Source: Candidatus Spongiisociaceae bacterium
Lineage (GTDB): Bacteria > Actinomycetota > Acidimicrobiia > Spongiisociales > Spongiisociaceae
Assembly: GCA_965262915.1 (NCBI GenBank)
Contig: OZ253564.1
Coordinates: forward strand, 1,440,001-1,504,000
Direction of reading: 5' to 3'
DNA: 64,000 nucleotides
In this document: positions 1 through 10,324 of the stretch, in pieces
How positions within the stretch are numbered: the stretch's first letter is position 1
How the letters are laid out: every line of letters starts with the position of its first letter
The notes under the pieces: model-generated
Database searches by the model: none
What the model was told of the DNA's origin: nothing
The model's input: the letters and a program-made list of their open reading frames with translations, nothing else
Position numbers and translations under genes: made by a program

Positions 1-61
1 ACGACGGATACATCAACACAGGGCTGGCACGCTGGGACAGCCGTTCTGGCACCTCGCCGAG

Positions 62-1807
62 CTAGTCCGGGTTATCCGTGCTGTCGGAAGCGAGTGTGTG
101 GCGTAGCTTCTCTAGGATATGGCTTCGGCGCTTCTCGTAGAAGTCCGGGAACCCCTTGATTTCGGTCGGAACGTCGCCCAGATCGTGCAGATGGCAGTGT
201 TGTAGCCTTTCCTTCTCGGAGTACTGTTCGCGTAGCCATTCGGAAGGTGGCTTCTTACCCTTGCTGAGGTTTGCCGATCCCTCGAGGAGTTGGAGATTGG
301 CTAGACGGTTCACTCGCTCGCGATACTTGGGGATCTCGTCGTCGCTGACGCAGGCCTTTCTTAGCTGCGCCGGGGTCATTAGCGCGCGCGGGAAGACATG
401 ATCGATGTGGAAGCGGTTCGTGGCTACGTCGACAAAATCGTACAGGAGGAACAGGAGGCTGTAGGCTCTTCCATCGTACGCGGCGTCGGCCAAGTCCTGG
501 AGTTCCTCGTCGTCGAAGGTCAGGCTCTTGCCGGGCGCCATCGCTTTCTCGATCATGCGAGCCGGGAAGCCGTCGTGGCAAGAACTCTCCCGGATCGCTT
601 TGCGGATCGCCATTAGCAGAGCATCCACTCCACTGCTCCAAATGCCGCGTTTCAGCAGCGAGCGAATCAACCAGTCGCGAATCGCCTCGCGGTCCTTGGT
701 TCCTAATGATGGCTGACGGTGGTGGAGAAAATAGGCGATCGGCAGCAGGGCGTTTGCCGATGTCAGGCTCTGTCCGGAGTAGCCGAACGAGGATGCAAGT
801 TCCACCGTCTCTGTGATCGTGCTTCTGATAAGACCCCATTGATCCTGCAGGGCGCCGATCTTCGATTTCTTGAAGTTCTCGACCTTGAAACGGATGCTGT
901 TGCTGTCGCCGAGCATCAGGCAGGCCTTGAGAACGAAGTCGTGATTGAACGAGAAGCCCCTACCGATGTTCTTGATCTCGTCAACCAGAGAGTGGATCTC
1001 CTGCCGCGCGTCGACCTTATCCCATTGGGCCACCGCCATGCTCAGGAGCATGTCCGAGTAGGAGAGCACCGTGCCGCCGCTGTTGGTGCGAACGAAAATG
1101 TTCAGCACCCGTTCCGGGTCCTGGTCCGCCTCTTCGTAGGCCGAGACTATGCCGTCGCTGTGAACGACGCGGTGAAACCGGTTGAGCACCTTCTGAGGAC
1201 TGCGTGTTTCCGCGAGACCGAGGTCATAGACGACGTCGATCAGGTCCGCGGCATCCTCCACGTCGAGGATGTCCCTCACGCGGTACCAGTGTTCGTGATC
1301 GTTCCTGGTGTTCCGGTTCTTCGCTTCCTTCTCCGGGAGAAGTCTGAACTTGTACAGGAGGTCCTCTTCGTCCTCCATCCGGGGCGCGAGGAGATTGAGG
1401 TAGAGCCGTCGTTCCGGAAAGGCGCGCGGGTTGTTCCACCACAGACGGGGGAGTTTCCATCTACCGCTGCCGTGGAGCCCGACATTCAGCGCAGTGAGGC
1501 GCTGTTGCCCGTCGAGCACCGCCTTCAGGCCGGGCACGGTGGAAGGCGCCCCATGGACGGGATTGTGGGGCTTCCGTTGATCGTAGTTCGTGATGAACTG
1601 GTAGAAGCTGTAGTTCTTGGCAGTTTCGGGATCAACTCGCCAGAACAAAAACGATCCGATCGGATAGCCCCGCATCAGGCTGTCGAAGAGCCGCTCGATC
1701 TGATGCGGTGACCACACGAACTCCCTTTGAATGGCCGGGAGCAGGTAACGGTTGTTGTGAATGTGGTCGATTGCCGCCTTGATCGTGACCGGCGTCTGAA
1801 ATGCCAT
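62..1807 (-). CDS. GmrSD-like type IV restriction endonuclease (DUF262 + C-terminal HNH/DUF1524)
   Basis: Motifs LPAIQREFVW, VLDGQQRLT, IFVRTNSGG (DUF262), then HIDHVFP...NRLANLQLL...N (HNH); 581 aa. Confidence 0.88.
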   Translation of the reverse strand: MAFQTPVTIKAAIDHIHNNRYLLPAIQREFVWSPHQIERLFDSLMRGYPIGSFLFWRVDPETAKNYSFYQFITNYDQRKPHNPVHGAPSTVPGLKAVLDGQQRLTALNVGLHGSGRWKLPRLWWNNPRAFPERRLYLNLLAPRMEDEEDLLYKFRLLPEKEAKNRNTRNDHEHWYRVRDILDVEDAADLIDVVYDLGLAETRSPQKVLNRFHRVVHSDGIVSAYEEADQDPERVLNIFVRTNSGGTVLSYSDMLLSMAVAQWDKVDARQEIHSLVDEIKNIGRGFSFNHDFVLKACLMLGDSNSIRFKVENFKKSKIGALQDQWGLIRSTITETVELASSFGYSGQSLTSANALLPIAYFLHHRQPSLGTKDREAIRDWLIRSLLKRGIWSSGVDALLMAIRKAIRESSCHDGFPARMIEKAMAPGKSLTFDDEELQDLADAAYDGRAYSLLFLLYDFVDVATNRFHIDHVFPRALMTPAQLRKACVSDDEIPKYRERVNRLANLQLLEGSANLSKGKKPPSEWLREQYSEKERLQHCHLHDLGDVPTEIKGFPDFYEKRRSHILEKLRHTLASDSTDNPD

Positions 1808-1997
1808 GCTTTCGACCTCCTAAGGGTACAGGGGCAAGACGGGAATCAAACTTGTCGGCATCGGACCACTCAATGCCGTAAGGGAGGTCACATGCAAGAT
1901 GAGCGAACCCGTACCCTTCCGGCACGCTATACGTTAGCTCAGAAGGATCATCGTGCGCCGCCTCACCGCCCATCCCGACCTTCGCCACGTAGTCCAA

Positions 1998-2738
1998 TCA
2001 CCTGGGACTGACCGTGTCACGAAGGTTGGGAGTGATCCGGTGTCGGGTGGCTAGGCGGGCGAGTTGGGTGGCTAGCGGTGTGGGTAGGCAGGCTAGGGCT
2101 GCTTCGAGTTGTGCCTGGTCGATGACCCGTGGCTCTGGGACGGTGACCGGAATCGTCTGTCTGGGTTCGGTAGCGGGGTTCGGGGCTGGTGTCGGTCCGG
2201 TCGGTGAGCTGTGGTCGCTGTGTGGGGTTCGGTCCTTGAGTTGTTCGTCGAGTCGACGGCCGCGGTGCTGGTTGAGGCGGGTATCGCCGCAGGCGCCTTG
2301 GTGGCGTTGGTGGCATAGGTGTGGTCGGGCGAAGCAGCGGGCGAAATGGGTGGCGAGGCTTCGGCGGTTTCTTACCGGCCGTCCCAGTCGTACTACCCGG
2401 TCAACCTCGAGGGCAGCCTGCTCCGCGACATGCCAACCCCACCGTCGGGCCAGATCCGACCCCACCCAAGCCACGTCGGGTCCCGCCCAGGACCCCGAAG
2501 TAGCCCTGGTTTCGTAGTTGCGTCTCTCCGGAGTCCACCTCCGCCGCCTTCGGACAGGTGGGCCACGTCCCACCACCCCCCGTTTTGTGGTGATTCTTCT
2601 CCTCGGGGCGTCGCCCGAAGGGCGCGCACCTGAAGATTCCTTACGCGCGGAGGTTGTATAGGAAGGCTTGTAGCCGATGAGACCACCCCATAGCCGACCA
2701 GCATCCGGCGGCTCGTTGACAGACGATGGGGCGGTGTC
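1998..2738 (-). pseudogene. C-terminal remnant of an MGE protein (possibly replication-initiator-like), cut at its 5' side by a Tn3-type end
   Basis: Open frame 1998-2762 whose 'start' lies inside the Tn3 IR at 2739. No diagnostic motif. Confidence 0.3.
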
Positions 2739-2880
2739 GGGGTGACCGTAGTAAATGGACAAAATGTTACGGTTTCAGGGGGGTCCGTAGGGGTCAGAGT
2801 TGGCCGTGGGGTGGTGGTGTGGGGTTGGTGAAGTCGTATCGGCCCGAGGGCGTCTCTCCTACGAACGAGCATGCACAGCC
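2739..2880. mobile_element. Single end of a Tn3-derived miniature element (38-bp IR + last codons of tnpA)
   Basis: ggggtgaccgtagtaaatggacaaaatgttacggtttc; about 140 bp nearly identical to 35912-36052; minus strand encodes GRYDFTNPTPPP (Tn3 TnpA C-terminus). Confidence 0.8.
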
Positions 2881-3015
2881 TGGAGAGCTTCCTGGGGGAG
2901 TTGGCTGACAAGCTGGGTGAGATCGGGTTGGACGACTGGCGGGACAGGTTGTCGGCGCACATCCGCCGCCTAGAAGAACGGACAGGATGAACCCGCGCGC
3001 AGGCTCTGCCCCCCG

Positions 3016-3135
3016 TCAAGAGATAGCTGACGGTCTCCTTGGCACCAGTTCTTCATCTGCTAGGTAGCTGTAGCACGCCAGAATGTCGTCTTTGGTCAAC
3101 TCGGGCCACTCTTCCAATATCTCGGCCTCGGTCAT
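3016..3135 (-). pseudogene. DUF433 antitoxin C-terminal fragment
   Basis: Reads GMTEAEILEEWPELTKDDILACYSY, the typical DUF433 tail; N-terminus absent. Confidence 0.65.
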
Positions 3136-3223
3136 GCCAGCCAGCTGGTGAGCTCGTTCGATGGGATAGCTGGCGCCGCCAGCCGCCGGGACCAGAAGCG
3201 CCTAGAGCGTCTGCGGTCCTCCT

Positions 3224-3401
3224 GATGGTCGAGTTCGAAGACTGGATCATCCACCCACCCACAGCATGGTGGGGCATCCGCTGCAAGTCATGCGGTGCGA
3301 GCTACGAGGGCGACAGGCCGACCCAGTGGAGACTCGCCCACGCGTTGGAGGCTCACGGGTCCGACCGGACGTTCGCCGTCGACATCGAGGGGCCTGCATG
3401 A
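3224..3401 (+). CDS. Small hypothetical Zn-binding protein (phage/ICE-like)
   Basis: CKSC...HALEAH; ends in an ATGA overlap with a downstream micro-ORF. Confidence 0.4.
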
Positions 3402-3497
3402 TCTGCACACTCGTGTTGCTGGCGAGGGAGGGTCTGACGGGCCTGCGGTACGGCGCGGCGTGTCCCCTCAACCCGATCCACTGAAAGTGTCAGCCCG

Positions 3498-3764
3498 ATG
3501 AAGGTCATCTACCACCACGGACTGAGCGCCAGCAAGGCACCAGACTCACCCATTTACGCTATCCAACGCCTCGACGGTCGCGGCCCGACCTTGGCAACCG
3601 CCCGACGCATACCGGCAGGCAAGAGGCGCCATACATGGAACCTGGTACGCCGAGGCGAACTCATGGGATCGTTCGACACCCTACGCGCCGCCATGAGATA
3701 CCTAACGCACTCCATCACCGGTCGCGCGTCTGGGGACTGTAGATTTTGCGAGGCTGGCTCGTGA
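3498..3764 (+). CDS. Small hypothetical protein (phage/ICE-like)
   Basis: 88 aa, ATG start, protein-like composition, terminal CRFC. Confidence 0.45.
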   Translation: MKVIYHHGLSASKAPDSPIYAIQRLDGRGPTLATARRIPAGKRRHTWNLVRRGELMGSFDTLRAAMRYLTHSITGRASGDCRFCEAGS

Positions 3765-3920
3765 GCTTCTCGCGAAAGCCGGTGCTGGGCTGGTTGACGG
3801 GTGTCGGCGACCTGAACCAACGGTGCGGCGTGTCGGCCGGGTAAGCCCCGGGTGCTTACCCTAGGCCGAGGGCGTCGTCGAAAGTACGCGGCTCCAGGCT
3901 GGACAAGACCGGTCGGTTGT

Positions 3921-4160
3921 CTAGCCCGTGAGCACAGATGCCAGGGTGGTCGCGGCTCCGTCGATGGCTCGGGCGAGGCAGGTTAGGAACCACTCCATCC
4001 ACTCCGAGATGTCCGGTGTTCCCTTCTGGGTTCGTTCGAGGATGTGGTAGTAGCCGCGGCGTTCCACCCGGATCTGCGATGACATGCTGTGGAAACGCTG
4101 TGAGCTGTTCTCCGAGCGGGCTAGGGCCATGTCAGTGATCGCCCGGGCGATGCGATGGCA
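3921..4160 (-). pseudogene. Internal fragment of a Fic-family protein
   Basis: ARAITDMALARSE...RFHSMSSQI...YYHILERTQKGTPDISEWMEWFL, the segment that follows the Fic motif; catalytic HPFxxGNG is missing. Confidence 0.75.
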
Positions 4161-4205
4161 CGGTCAAGAACGTCGGCGGCACCGCGGCGGAGGGGTTCTC
4201 AGGGA

Positions 4206-4793
4206 TCAGTTGAAGCTGTCCCTGGTTTTCCTAGCCATAAGGAGAGCGCCTTCGGCGGCTTGTTTGCGTTCTTCGGGGAGAACCACGACAACCATCGTGG
4301 TCGCCGCTACGTAGAAACCCATCGCGGCGGCTAGGTCGTCGTCTACAGCCACAGCGATGGGAAGGTTGTCGTTCAGGACATCCATGAAGTTGGTGCCAAT
4401 GTTGCGCTGCGCTGTTTCGATAAGGGCCATGCCTATAGCGAACATGGTCTGCTCGGCGGTGGGTATGTCGTTTGTTTCTGTGTCCGGCCGGAGTTTCTCC
4501 AAGGCCGTAGCGCACCATCTATCCCGGCGGTGGGTATCCAAAAACCGGTAGTAATGATCGACCATCAACATGCTGACCAGTCCCATACGGAAAAGATTTT
4601 CGGGAGATACTTCCCACCATTCAATGTCCGGGTACGTGTTCATGTCCTTGCCCGGTGCGGAACGGGCCATGTGTTGCCATCTGTCCCGGATTCCCTCGAC
4701 CACGTCGTCGCAGCTGACTAAAGATTCGAGGATGTCGCAGGCAAAACTGAACCGTTCCCTGGCCACGTTCGCTGTTTCGGCGTCCATCGCCAC
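4206..4793 (-). CDS. Hypothetical protein
   Basis: 195 aa helical-looking ORF; start uncertain. Confidence 0.55.
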   Translation of the reverse strand: MAMDAETANVARERFSFACDILESLVSCDDVVEGIRDRWQHMARSAPGKDMNTYPDIEWWEVSPENLFRMGLVSMLMVDHYYRFLDTHRRDRWCATALEKLRPDTETNDIPTAEQTMFAIGMALIETAQRNIGTNFMDVLNDNLPIAVAVDDDLAAAMGFYVAATTMVVVVLPEERKQAAEGALLMARKTRDSFN

Positions 4794-5058
4794 CAGAAAC
4801 GCAGGGAACTATCTGGTCGCCGACGCGGAGACGCGGACTGTCGCTGCGTTGTCAGGCATTGTCCCCCATTGTAGGTGACAGTGCCACAATAGCCGGGAAG
4901 TGTGACAGGCCGGGGTGATCTGGGCACTCCGTATATAAGCCCCCTTGCACCCATACCTGGGGTGCCGTCTGACTCAGCGTTCATAGGTCTGGCCTAGAAC
5001 GTGTCTGGGCCTGCGGCCGTGACCGTCGCATGACCGCCAGTTGTCCTATAATGACCCC

Positions 5059-5328
5059 ATGACGAACAGCCCGAACGACGTCCGAGTCGAAGACCACGAA
5101 GCCCAGCTCATCCGCAGCTGGAGAACGCACCGCCTGACACACGCGCACGCCACGGAAACGGTCCGCCGCGCGTCACGTGCTGCCACGGACGCAATCGTCG
5201 AAGCTCATCAGGCAGGCATGAGCGTGGAACGCATCTCCGAGGTTCTGCGAGTAGGTATCGGCGCTGTACAGCACCGACTCCGCGACGCGGAGCTCGCCGC
5301 GCAACCAGATCAGCAGAAGGGCGGGTGA
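5059..5328 (+). CDS. Small HTH protein
   Basis: AHQAGMSVERISEVLRVGIGAVQHRL HTH pattern; first gene of the TA operon. Confidence 0.6.
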   Translation: MTNSPNDVRVEDHEAQLIRSWRTHRLTHAHATETVRRASRAATDAIVEAHQAGMSVERISEVLRVGIGAVQHRLRDAELAAQPDQQKGG

Positions 5329-5335
5329 AAGTCCG

Positions 5336-5599
5336 ATGTTCGATTGGGGTACGGTTCCTGTTCTCGAATCCACACCAGGGATAGCGAGCGGCGCGTGGGT
5401 GTTCAAGGGCACACGTGTTCCCGTCCGGGCGCTGATAGCCGCACTCCAGCGCTCAACGGTCGAGGAGTTCTACCAGGACTTCCCGACGGTCAGCCAAGGT
5501 CAAGCTGAGACGGTCCTGCTCTACCTGTCCGAAAGCCTCATCGAGGACATAGCCCTCTTTGAGGACTTTGAGGATATAGCCGAAACACCGACGTCGTAA
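5336..5599 (+). CDS. DUF433 antitoxin
   Basis: TPGIASGAWVFKGTRVPV...EEFYQDFPTVS. Confidence 0.88.
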   Translation: MFDWGTVPVLESTPGIASGAWVFKGTRVPVRALIAALQRSTVEEFYQDFPTVSQGQAETVLLYLSESLIEDIALFEDFEDIAETPTS

Positions 5600-5925
5600 T
5601 GGACGTGTACCTGGATGAGAGCGTCAAGCACGGCCTGCGGGTGCATCGGCTGATGGGGGGTCACACCGTCAGCACAGCTGTGTACATGAAGTGGGCTGGT
5701 CTTCCGAACGGCGAGTGGATGAAGCTAGCCCACGAAGCAGGGTTTCAGGTTGTAGTCACAACCGATCAAAGTATCCCCCCGCAGCAGAACTTGACGCGCT
5801 ACAGATTCGGAATCGTCGTTCTGTCGAAAACAAACTTCGAGGTAACAGATGACAACGTGACGAAGATCGTCGATGCCATAGACTCGGTACCCCCTCACGA
5901 CTGGAAGCTCGTGGAGCTAGATTAG
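5599..5925 (+). CDS. PIN-like toxin (DUF5615/VapC45-like)
   Basis: VYLDESV...GLPNGEWMKLA...VVVTTDQSI...QQNL; TAATG overlap with DUF433. Confidence 0.82.
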   Translation: MDVYLDESVKHGLRVHRLMGGHTVSTAVYMKWAGLPNGEWMKLAHEAGFQVVVTTDQSIPPQQNLTRYRFGIVVLSKTNFEVTDDNVTKIVDAIDSVPPHDWKLVELD

Positions 5926-6007
5926 AGGGGGGAGGGCAAGTGTTCACAATACGACCAGATACAGACGCGTTCCCCATCGGGGCCACCGCGGTGGCTGGAC
6001 CAGACCG

Positions 6008-6298
6008 ATGAACGGATGGCCGGACCCGGACCCGGTGGAACAGGTCAAAGAGCACAAACGGAACGGCCGATACACCGAAGCGCTGGACATTCTCGAACAG
6101 TGCATGCGCTCTTGGGAATCCAGCGGTGGAACGGTCGCGCCGTGGTACTACGAACAGGCAGCGATCATCCACCGGAAGCTCAAGGACCGTGAAGCTGAGG
6201 TAGCAGTGCTGCGACGTTTCGCCGCTCAGCCGCATGGGCCGGGGGTGAAACCCGCTCGGTTGCTGGAGCGGCTCGCCAAACTCGAAGCTGATCGCTGA
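6008..6298 (+). CDS. Hypothetical TPR-like helical protein
   Basis: GRYTEALDIL...APWYYEQAAIIHRKLK...EVAVLRRF. Confidence 0.65.
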   Translation: MNGWPDPDPVEQVKEHKRNGRYTEALDILEQCMRSWESSGGTVAPWYYEQAAIIHRKLKDREAEVAVLRRFAAQPHGPGVKPARLLERLAKLEADR

Positions 6299-6305
6299 TC
6301 GGGCC

Positions 6306-6533
6306 GTGGTAGAGCGCCGCCAAGCCGCCGACGTTCGCGCAGGGGACGTGTTCTGGGGTCATGGCACATCCCGTGCCAGGACGGTGATAGCGGCCGCCGA
6401 CGCGGAGCCTGTATCCGACGGGCGGGTCCGAGTCCCTTTAGTCATCGACGAGTTCAACACTGACCCAGACATCTACTTCCCAGCGGAGTACTACGTGCGG
6501 ATGCGGGTGCCCTTTCGCCCCGACTCGGCGTAG
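6306..6533 (+). CDS. Small hypothetical beta-barrel-like protein
   Basis: AADVRAGDVF pattern; 7 bp after the previous gene. Confidence 0.45.
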   Translation: MVERRQAADVRAGDVFWGHGTSRARTVIAAADAEPVSDGRVRVPLVIDEFNTDPDIYFPAEYYVRMRVPFRPDSA

Positions 6534-6667
6534 CGGGTGTTGACGTCGCCTAGGTGAGTACGCCTGCGAACCGACCAGGGGCGAAGCAGGGGACCGTCGA
6601 CTGGCGGTAGCTACTGGCGCTTCCGACGATGAGGGCAACACACTATTGTGTTACATAGCCTGTTGTA

Positions 6668-6695
6668 GCTTTACATAACCTGTATTATGGGACAT
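6668..6695 (-). other. dif-like Xer recombination site #1
   Basis: Minus strand atgtcccataa-tacagg-ttatgtaaagc: 11-6-11 layout with a XerD-like arm identical to sites #2 and #3. Confidence 0.75.
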
Positions 6696-6829
6696 CCCCG
6701 AGGCCGGGTACGGCCAGGGTTCGGGCGAGGTCGTCCAAGTTCACGTTAGTTGGCGAATTCTCATAGTCGTGGCGAAAGACGCGTGGCGGAGTTGCTGCGG
6801 TCATGTCCAGCGACTCCCAGCCAGCGTTG

Positions 6830-6955
6830 GTGGCTACCGTGGTCGCCACCGGCGTCACCGCAGACGGCAATCGGGAGATCCTGGGATGTGATGTCGGCAA
6901 CAGCGGGAGCAAAGGGGTTCTGGCAGCAGTTCCTCGTTAGCCTGCGCCACCGTAG
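6830..6955 (+). pseudogene. IS256-family transposase internal fragment
   Basis: VVATGVTADGNREILGCDVG...FWQQFLVSLR. Confidence 0.75.
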
Positions 6956-6985
6956 CGCGGCCGTAGGCCTGGGTACACTGGTCAG

Positions 6986-8263
6986 ATGACGGGCAGCAGC
7001 GAGGCGTCAGCGGCGGAGCTTGCCGAGTTCGTTGCGCTCTTCGATGAGGCCTGCAGTTCGGCCTTGAGAAGTGTGAGTCCTGCGGACGCTCCCTCGTACG
7101 TTCTGAACGGCCAGGCCAGGGCCGAGATTCGTAGGCTTGTCCCACTCGGTGAACGGCGCCGTCTTGGTGCTTTCTTCACTCCCCGCGAACTTGCCGACGA
7201 TGTGGCCTCTTCGCTCCGCTCGGTTCAAGGCCAGGTGACGGTTATCGACCCGTGTAGCGGCGCCGGGGACCTGCTACTCGCTGCCGCTCGTGCCCTAGAG
7301 GAACCCGTGCGAAGTGGCACTGCCCGCGCGAACTTCGTGGGTGTGGACCTCGTCGATGAGTTCTCCCAAGTGGCCCGAATGCGGTTCGAGTTGCTCTCCG
7401 GCCTTTGCGGCCTCGATATGTCTTTCCGCTTCATCACCGGCGATGGGCTGTCCACACCGGATGTCAGTGCCGACACGACTACGCATGTGCTTCTCAACCC
7501 ACCCTTCGCCGTAGTTCCAAGCCACAAGGGCTGCGAGTGGGCACGGGGCAAGGTCAGCGGCGCGGCCGACTTCTTTGCTCGCGTCATTGTACGGTTCCAG
7601 CCTGGAGTCGAGATTTCGGCGATACTGCCTGACGTGCTCCGTAGCGGCTCTCGCTACCGGAGGTGGCGGGACTTCGTCGCGAAACGTCTGGATCTCGATA
7701 CTCCGGAACCGAAGGGTCGCTTCGACTCGTGGACGGATGTCGACGTATTCGTCCTTCGAGGCCGAACACGGCAAACGGAGACAGACCCTCCGGAGATCGA
7801 ATGGGTACCCAGTAACGCTGGGCCGACAGTGGCCGAGCGCTTCGATGTGTCGGTTGGTCCGTTGGTTGACTATCGGTCGTTACTCGATGGCCCAGTCGTG
7901 CCGTACCTGGTGGCCAAGGACTTCCCTACCTGGGGCACTATCTCAAGGGTACAGCGGACTCGTCGGTTTAGCGGACGCCTGCACGAGAGCCCGTTCGTGG
8001 TGATACCAAGGACTTCGCGTCCCGGCGAACCATATCGGGCCCGTGCCGCGGTGGTGACCGATCCCCGTGGAATCGCCGTCGAGAACCATCTGCTAGTTCT
8101 CAGTCCACGGCGGGGGGGCGTCGATGAGTGCAGGCGGCTGATGTGTCGGCTGCAGTCGGAAGAAGTCAACGACTGGCTGGACCGGGTCATTAGGTGCCGC
8201 CATCTGACGGTCGGCGCTGTGGGATCCATCCCGTGGACGCATGGTGAAGGTTTCATCGTCTGA
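6986..8263 (+). CDS. N6-adenine DNA methyltransferase (gamma-type motif order) with C-terminal TRD-like region
   Basis: LGAFFTP, IDPCSGAGDLL (motif I), LLNPPF (motif IV). Confidence 0.88.
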   Translation: MTGSSEASAAELAEFVALFDEACSSALRSVSPADAPSYVLNGQARAEIRRLVPLGERRRLGAFFTPRELADDVASSLRSVQGQVTVIDPCSGAGDLLLAAARALEEPVRSGTARANFVGVDLVDEFSQVARMRFELLSGLCGLDMSFRFITGDGLSTPDVSADTTTHVLLNPPFAVVPSHKGCEWARGKVSGAADFFARVIVRFQPGVEISAILPDVLRSGSRYRRWRDFVAKRLDLDTPEPKGRFDSWTDVDVFVLRGRTRQTETDPPEIEWVPSNAGPTVAERFDVSVGPLVDYRSLLDGPVVPYLVAKDFPTWGTISRVQRTRRFSGRLHESPFVVIPRTSRPGEPYRARAAVVTDPRGIAVENHLLVLSPRRGGVDECRRLMCRLQSEEVNDWLDRVIRCRHLTVGAVGSIPWTHGEGFIV

Positions 8264-10320
8264 TGGCCACGTTCCGGTTCGCGCCCGACATCCTGCGCCG
8301 CCTCGGCGAGGAGCTTAACCCATCGCTGGAGCACAGCGTCATGGAGTTGGTGAAGAACTCCCTCGATGCCGACGCTCAGAACTGCGAAGTCCGACTGAGC
8401 GAAGTGACGTCCCCCGGAGGCGCAATTTTCGTGAGCGATGACGGCGACGGAATGACCGCCGAAGAAATCGTCGACAGCTTTCTACTCCTCGGCCGCTCCC
8501 CTAAGGTCGGTAGCGGCCGGACACGGCGCGGGCGGGTACCGGCAGGCAGCAAGGGCCTCGGCCGGCTCGCGGCCTTGCGAGCGGGCGAGCGTGCGGTGAT
8601 ATCGACAAGACCTAGGACTGATCCCGACCGGGAATATCGTATCGTCCTCGAGTGGTCGGACTTCGACAATGTCGAAGCGATCGAAGATGTCCCGATCGAT
8701 ATCGAGACACGCTGTCGAGGGCCGGCCACTACGACCGGGACCGACATCAGCATCCTCGGCCTCACCGGACGTCTGGGTCGCCGGGAGGTCAAGCGCCTGG
8801 CCAGGGCGCTGGTTCTGCTCGCGGACCCCTTCGGTGACGATCCGTTGGACTTCCGCACGAAGCTTGCGACTCAGGAATTCGAGGACCTCGAAGCACTCGT
8901 GCGCAAGAAGTACTTCGACGCTGCCGAATACAGGCTGGTAGCGCATGTCGGAGGTGACGGGCGGGCGGCGGCGACTGTCAAGGACTGGCGGGGAGAGACG
9001 TTGTACGAGGCTGATCATTGCCAGCTGCGTAAGAGTGAACAGCCCTACCGGTGCCCTCCCGCCCGCTTTGAACTCTGGGTGTTCATCCTCGACGGAAAAA
9101 CGTTCCAGACAAGGAACGCCACGCTCACAGAGGTGAGGGAGTGGCTCACAGAGTTCGGTGGTGTGATGCTCTATGTGAACGGTATCCGTATCCCACCTTA
9201 CGGCGATTCCGGCAATGACTGGCTGGACCTGAATCTGCGGCGCGTCCGAAGCCCCGAGGAACGTCCCAGCACGAACACCTCGATCGGCCGGGTTCGTGTC
9301 GACGACGATGGCGGTGCTTTCACCGAGAAGACCGACAGGTCGGGAGTCATCGAGAACGCGGCCTTCGCTGATCTGCGCCGGATGGCCATTGATGCGCTCG
9401 AATGGATGGCACGGGAGCGCCTCAGGTCGAGGGAAGCGCAGCGCCAGCAAAAGCGTAGCGGATCCGAACCTAAGGAGAAGGTGCTCCGTAACAAGGTCGA
9501 AAGGCAACTCAGCCAGCTGGCGCAGGAGACGCCATCTGGCGCGGAGGCGAGGGATCTATTCGACCGCTACACGAAGGCTCAGGAGCGAGCTCACCGAGCT
9601 ATACGAGAAGAGGTGCAACTCTACAGAACCCTCAGCACAGCGGGGATCGCAGCTGCGACCTTCGCGCACGAGTACGCTGCGGGGCCTCTCAAAGTCATCA
9701 GACGGTCGGTCGCCACTCTCCGTCGGCGTCTCAAAGGCATACTCTTACTCATTCCTGACGATATCGCCGACCCGATCGGGCTGGTCGAGTCGAGTACAAA
9801 CACCCTCGGGACGTTCACCGATGGGACGTTGAGCCTCGTCGACCGCGATAAACGACGGGTGGGACGTATCGAGGTGCACAAGGCGGTCAGCAGGGTGGCC
9901 GAAACATACTTACCCTTTATCGAGGACCGACAGGCCACGCTCGAAATCGAACTCTGCGACGCAAACCCCTACCTACGGAGTTCCGCGGCTGCCATCGAGT
10001 CGATCGTTGTCAACCTGCTAACCAATGCGCTCAACGCCGTGTCGGAGTCGGGCAATTCAAATCGCACGATCCGACTGGCAACGGAATCCTCCGATCATCG
10101 GCTGGTCCTGACCGTCTCGGACAACGGGCCGGGTATCCAGCACTTCGGGATCGACGAGATTTGGCTCCCAGGTGTGACATCAAGGCCGGGAGGCTCGGGC
10201 CTCGGCCTCACAATCGTCAAGGACACAGTGATCGATCTCGGCGGAACTGTGAACGCTATAGCGAGCGGCCCACTCGGCGGAGCGGTATTTGAGGTCACGC
10301 TCCCGATACTCGGGCGATAG
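8263..10320 (+). CDS. MORC/MutL-type GHKL ATPase fused to a histidine kinase
   Basis: N-terminal ELVKNSLDADA, DDGDGM, GSKGLGRLA; C-terminal H-box FAHE, N-box NLLTNALNA, DNGPGI, GSGLGL; TGATG overlap with the MTase. Confidence 0.88.
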   Translation: MATFRFAPDILRRLGEELNPSLEHSVMELVKNSLDADAQNCEVRLSEVTSPGGAIFVSDDGDGMTAEEIVDSFLLLGRSPKVGSGRTRRGRVPAGSKGLGRLAALRAGERAVISTRPRTDPDREYRIVLEWSDFDNVEAIEDVPIDIETRCRGPATTTGTDISILGLTGRLGRREVKRLARALVLLADPFGDDPLDFRTKLATQEFEDLEALVRKKYFDAAEYRLVAHVGGDGRAAATVKDWRGETLYEADHCQLRKSEQPYRCPPARFELWVFILDGKTFQTRNATLTEVREWLTEFGGVMLYVNGIRIPPYGDSGNDWLDLNLRRVRSPEERPSTNTSIGRVRVDDDGGAFTEKTDRSGVIENAAFADLRRMAIDALEWMARERLRSREAQRQQKRSGSEPKEKVLRNKVERQLSQLAQETPSGAEARDLFDRYTKAQERAHRAIREEVQLYRTLSTAGIAAATFAHEYAAGPLKVIRRSVATLRRRLKGILLLIPDDIADPIGLVESSTNTLGTFTDGTLSLVDRDKRRVGRIEVHKAVSRVAETYLPFIEDRQATLEIELCDANPYLRSSAAAIESIVVNLLTNALNAVSESGNSNRTIRLATESSDHRLVLTVSDNGPGIQHFGIDEIWLPGVTSRPGGSGLGLTIVKDTVIDLGGTVNAIASGPLGGAVFEVTLPILGR

Positions 10321-10324
10321 GCCG

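Noticed and set aside
719-1711. 330-aa plus-strand ORF
   Set aside because: Antisense shadow of the GmrSD-like gene.
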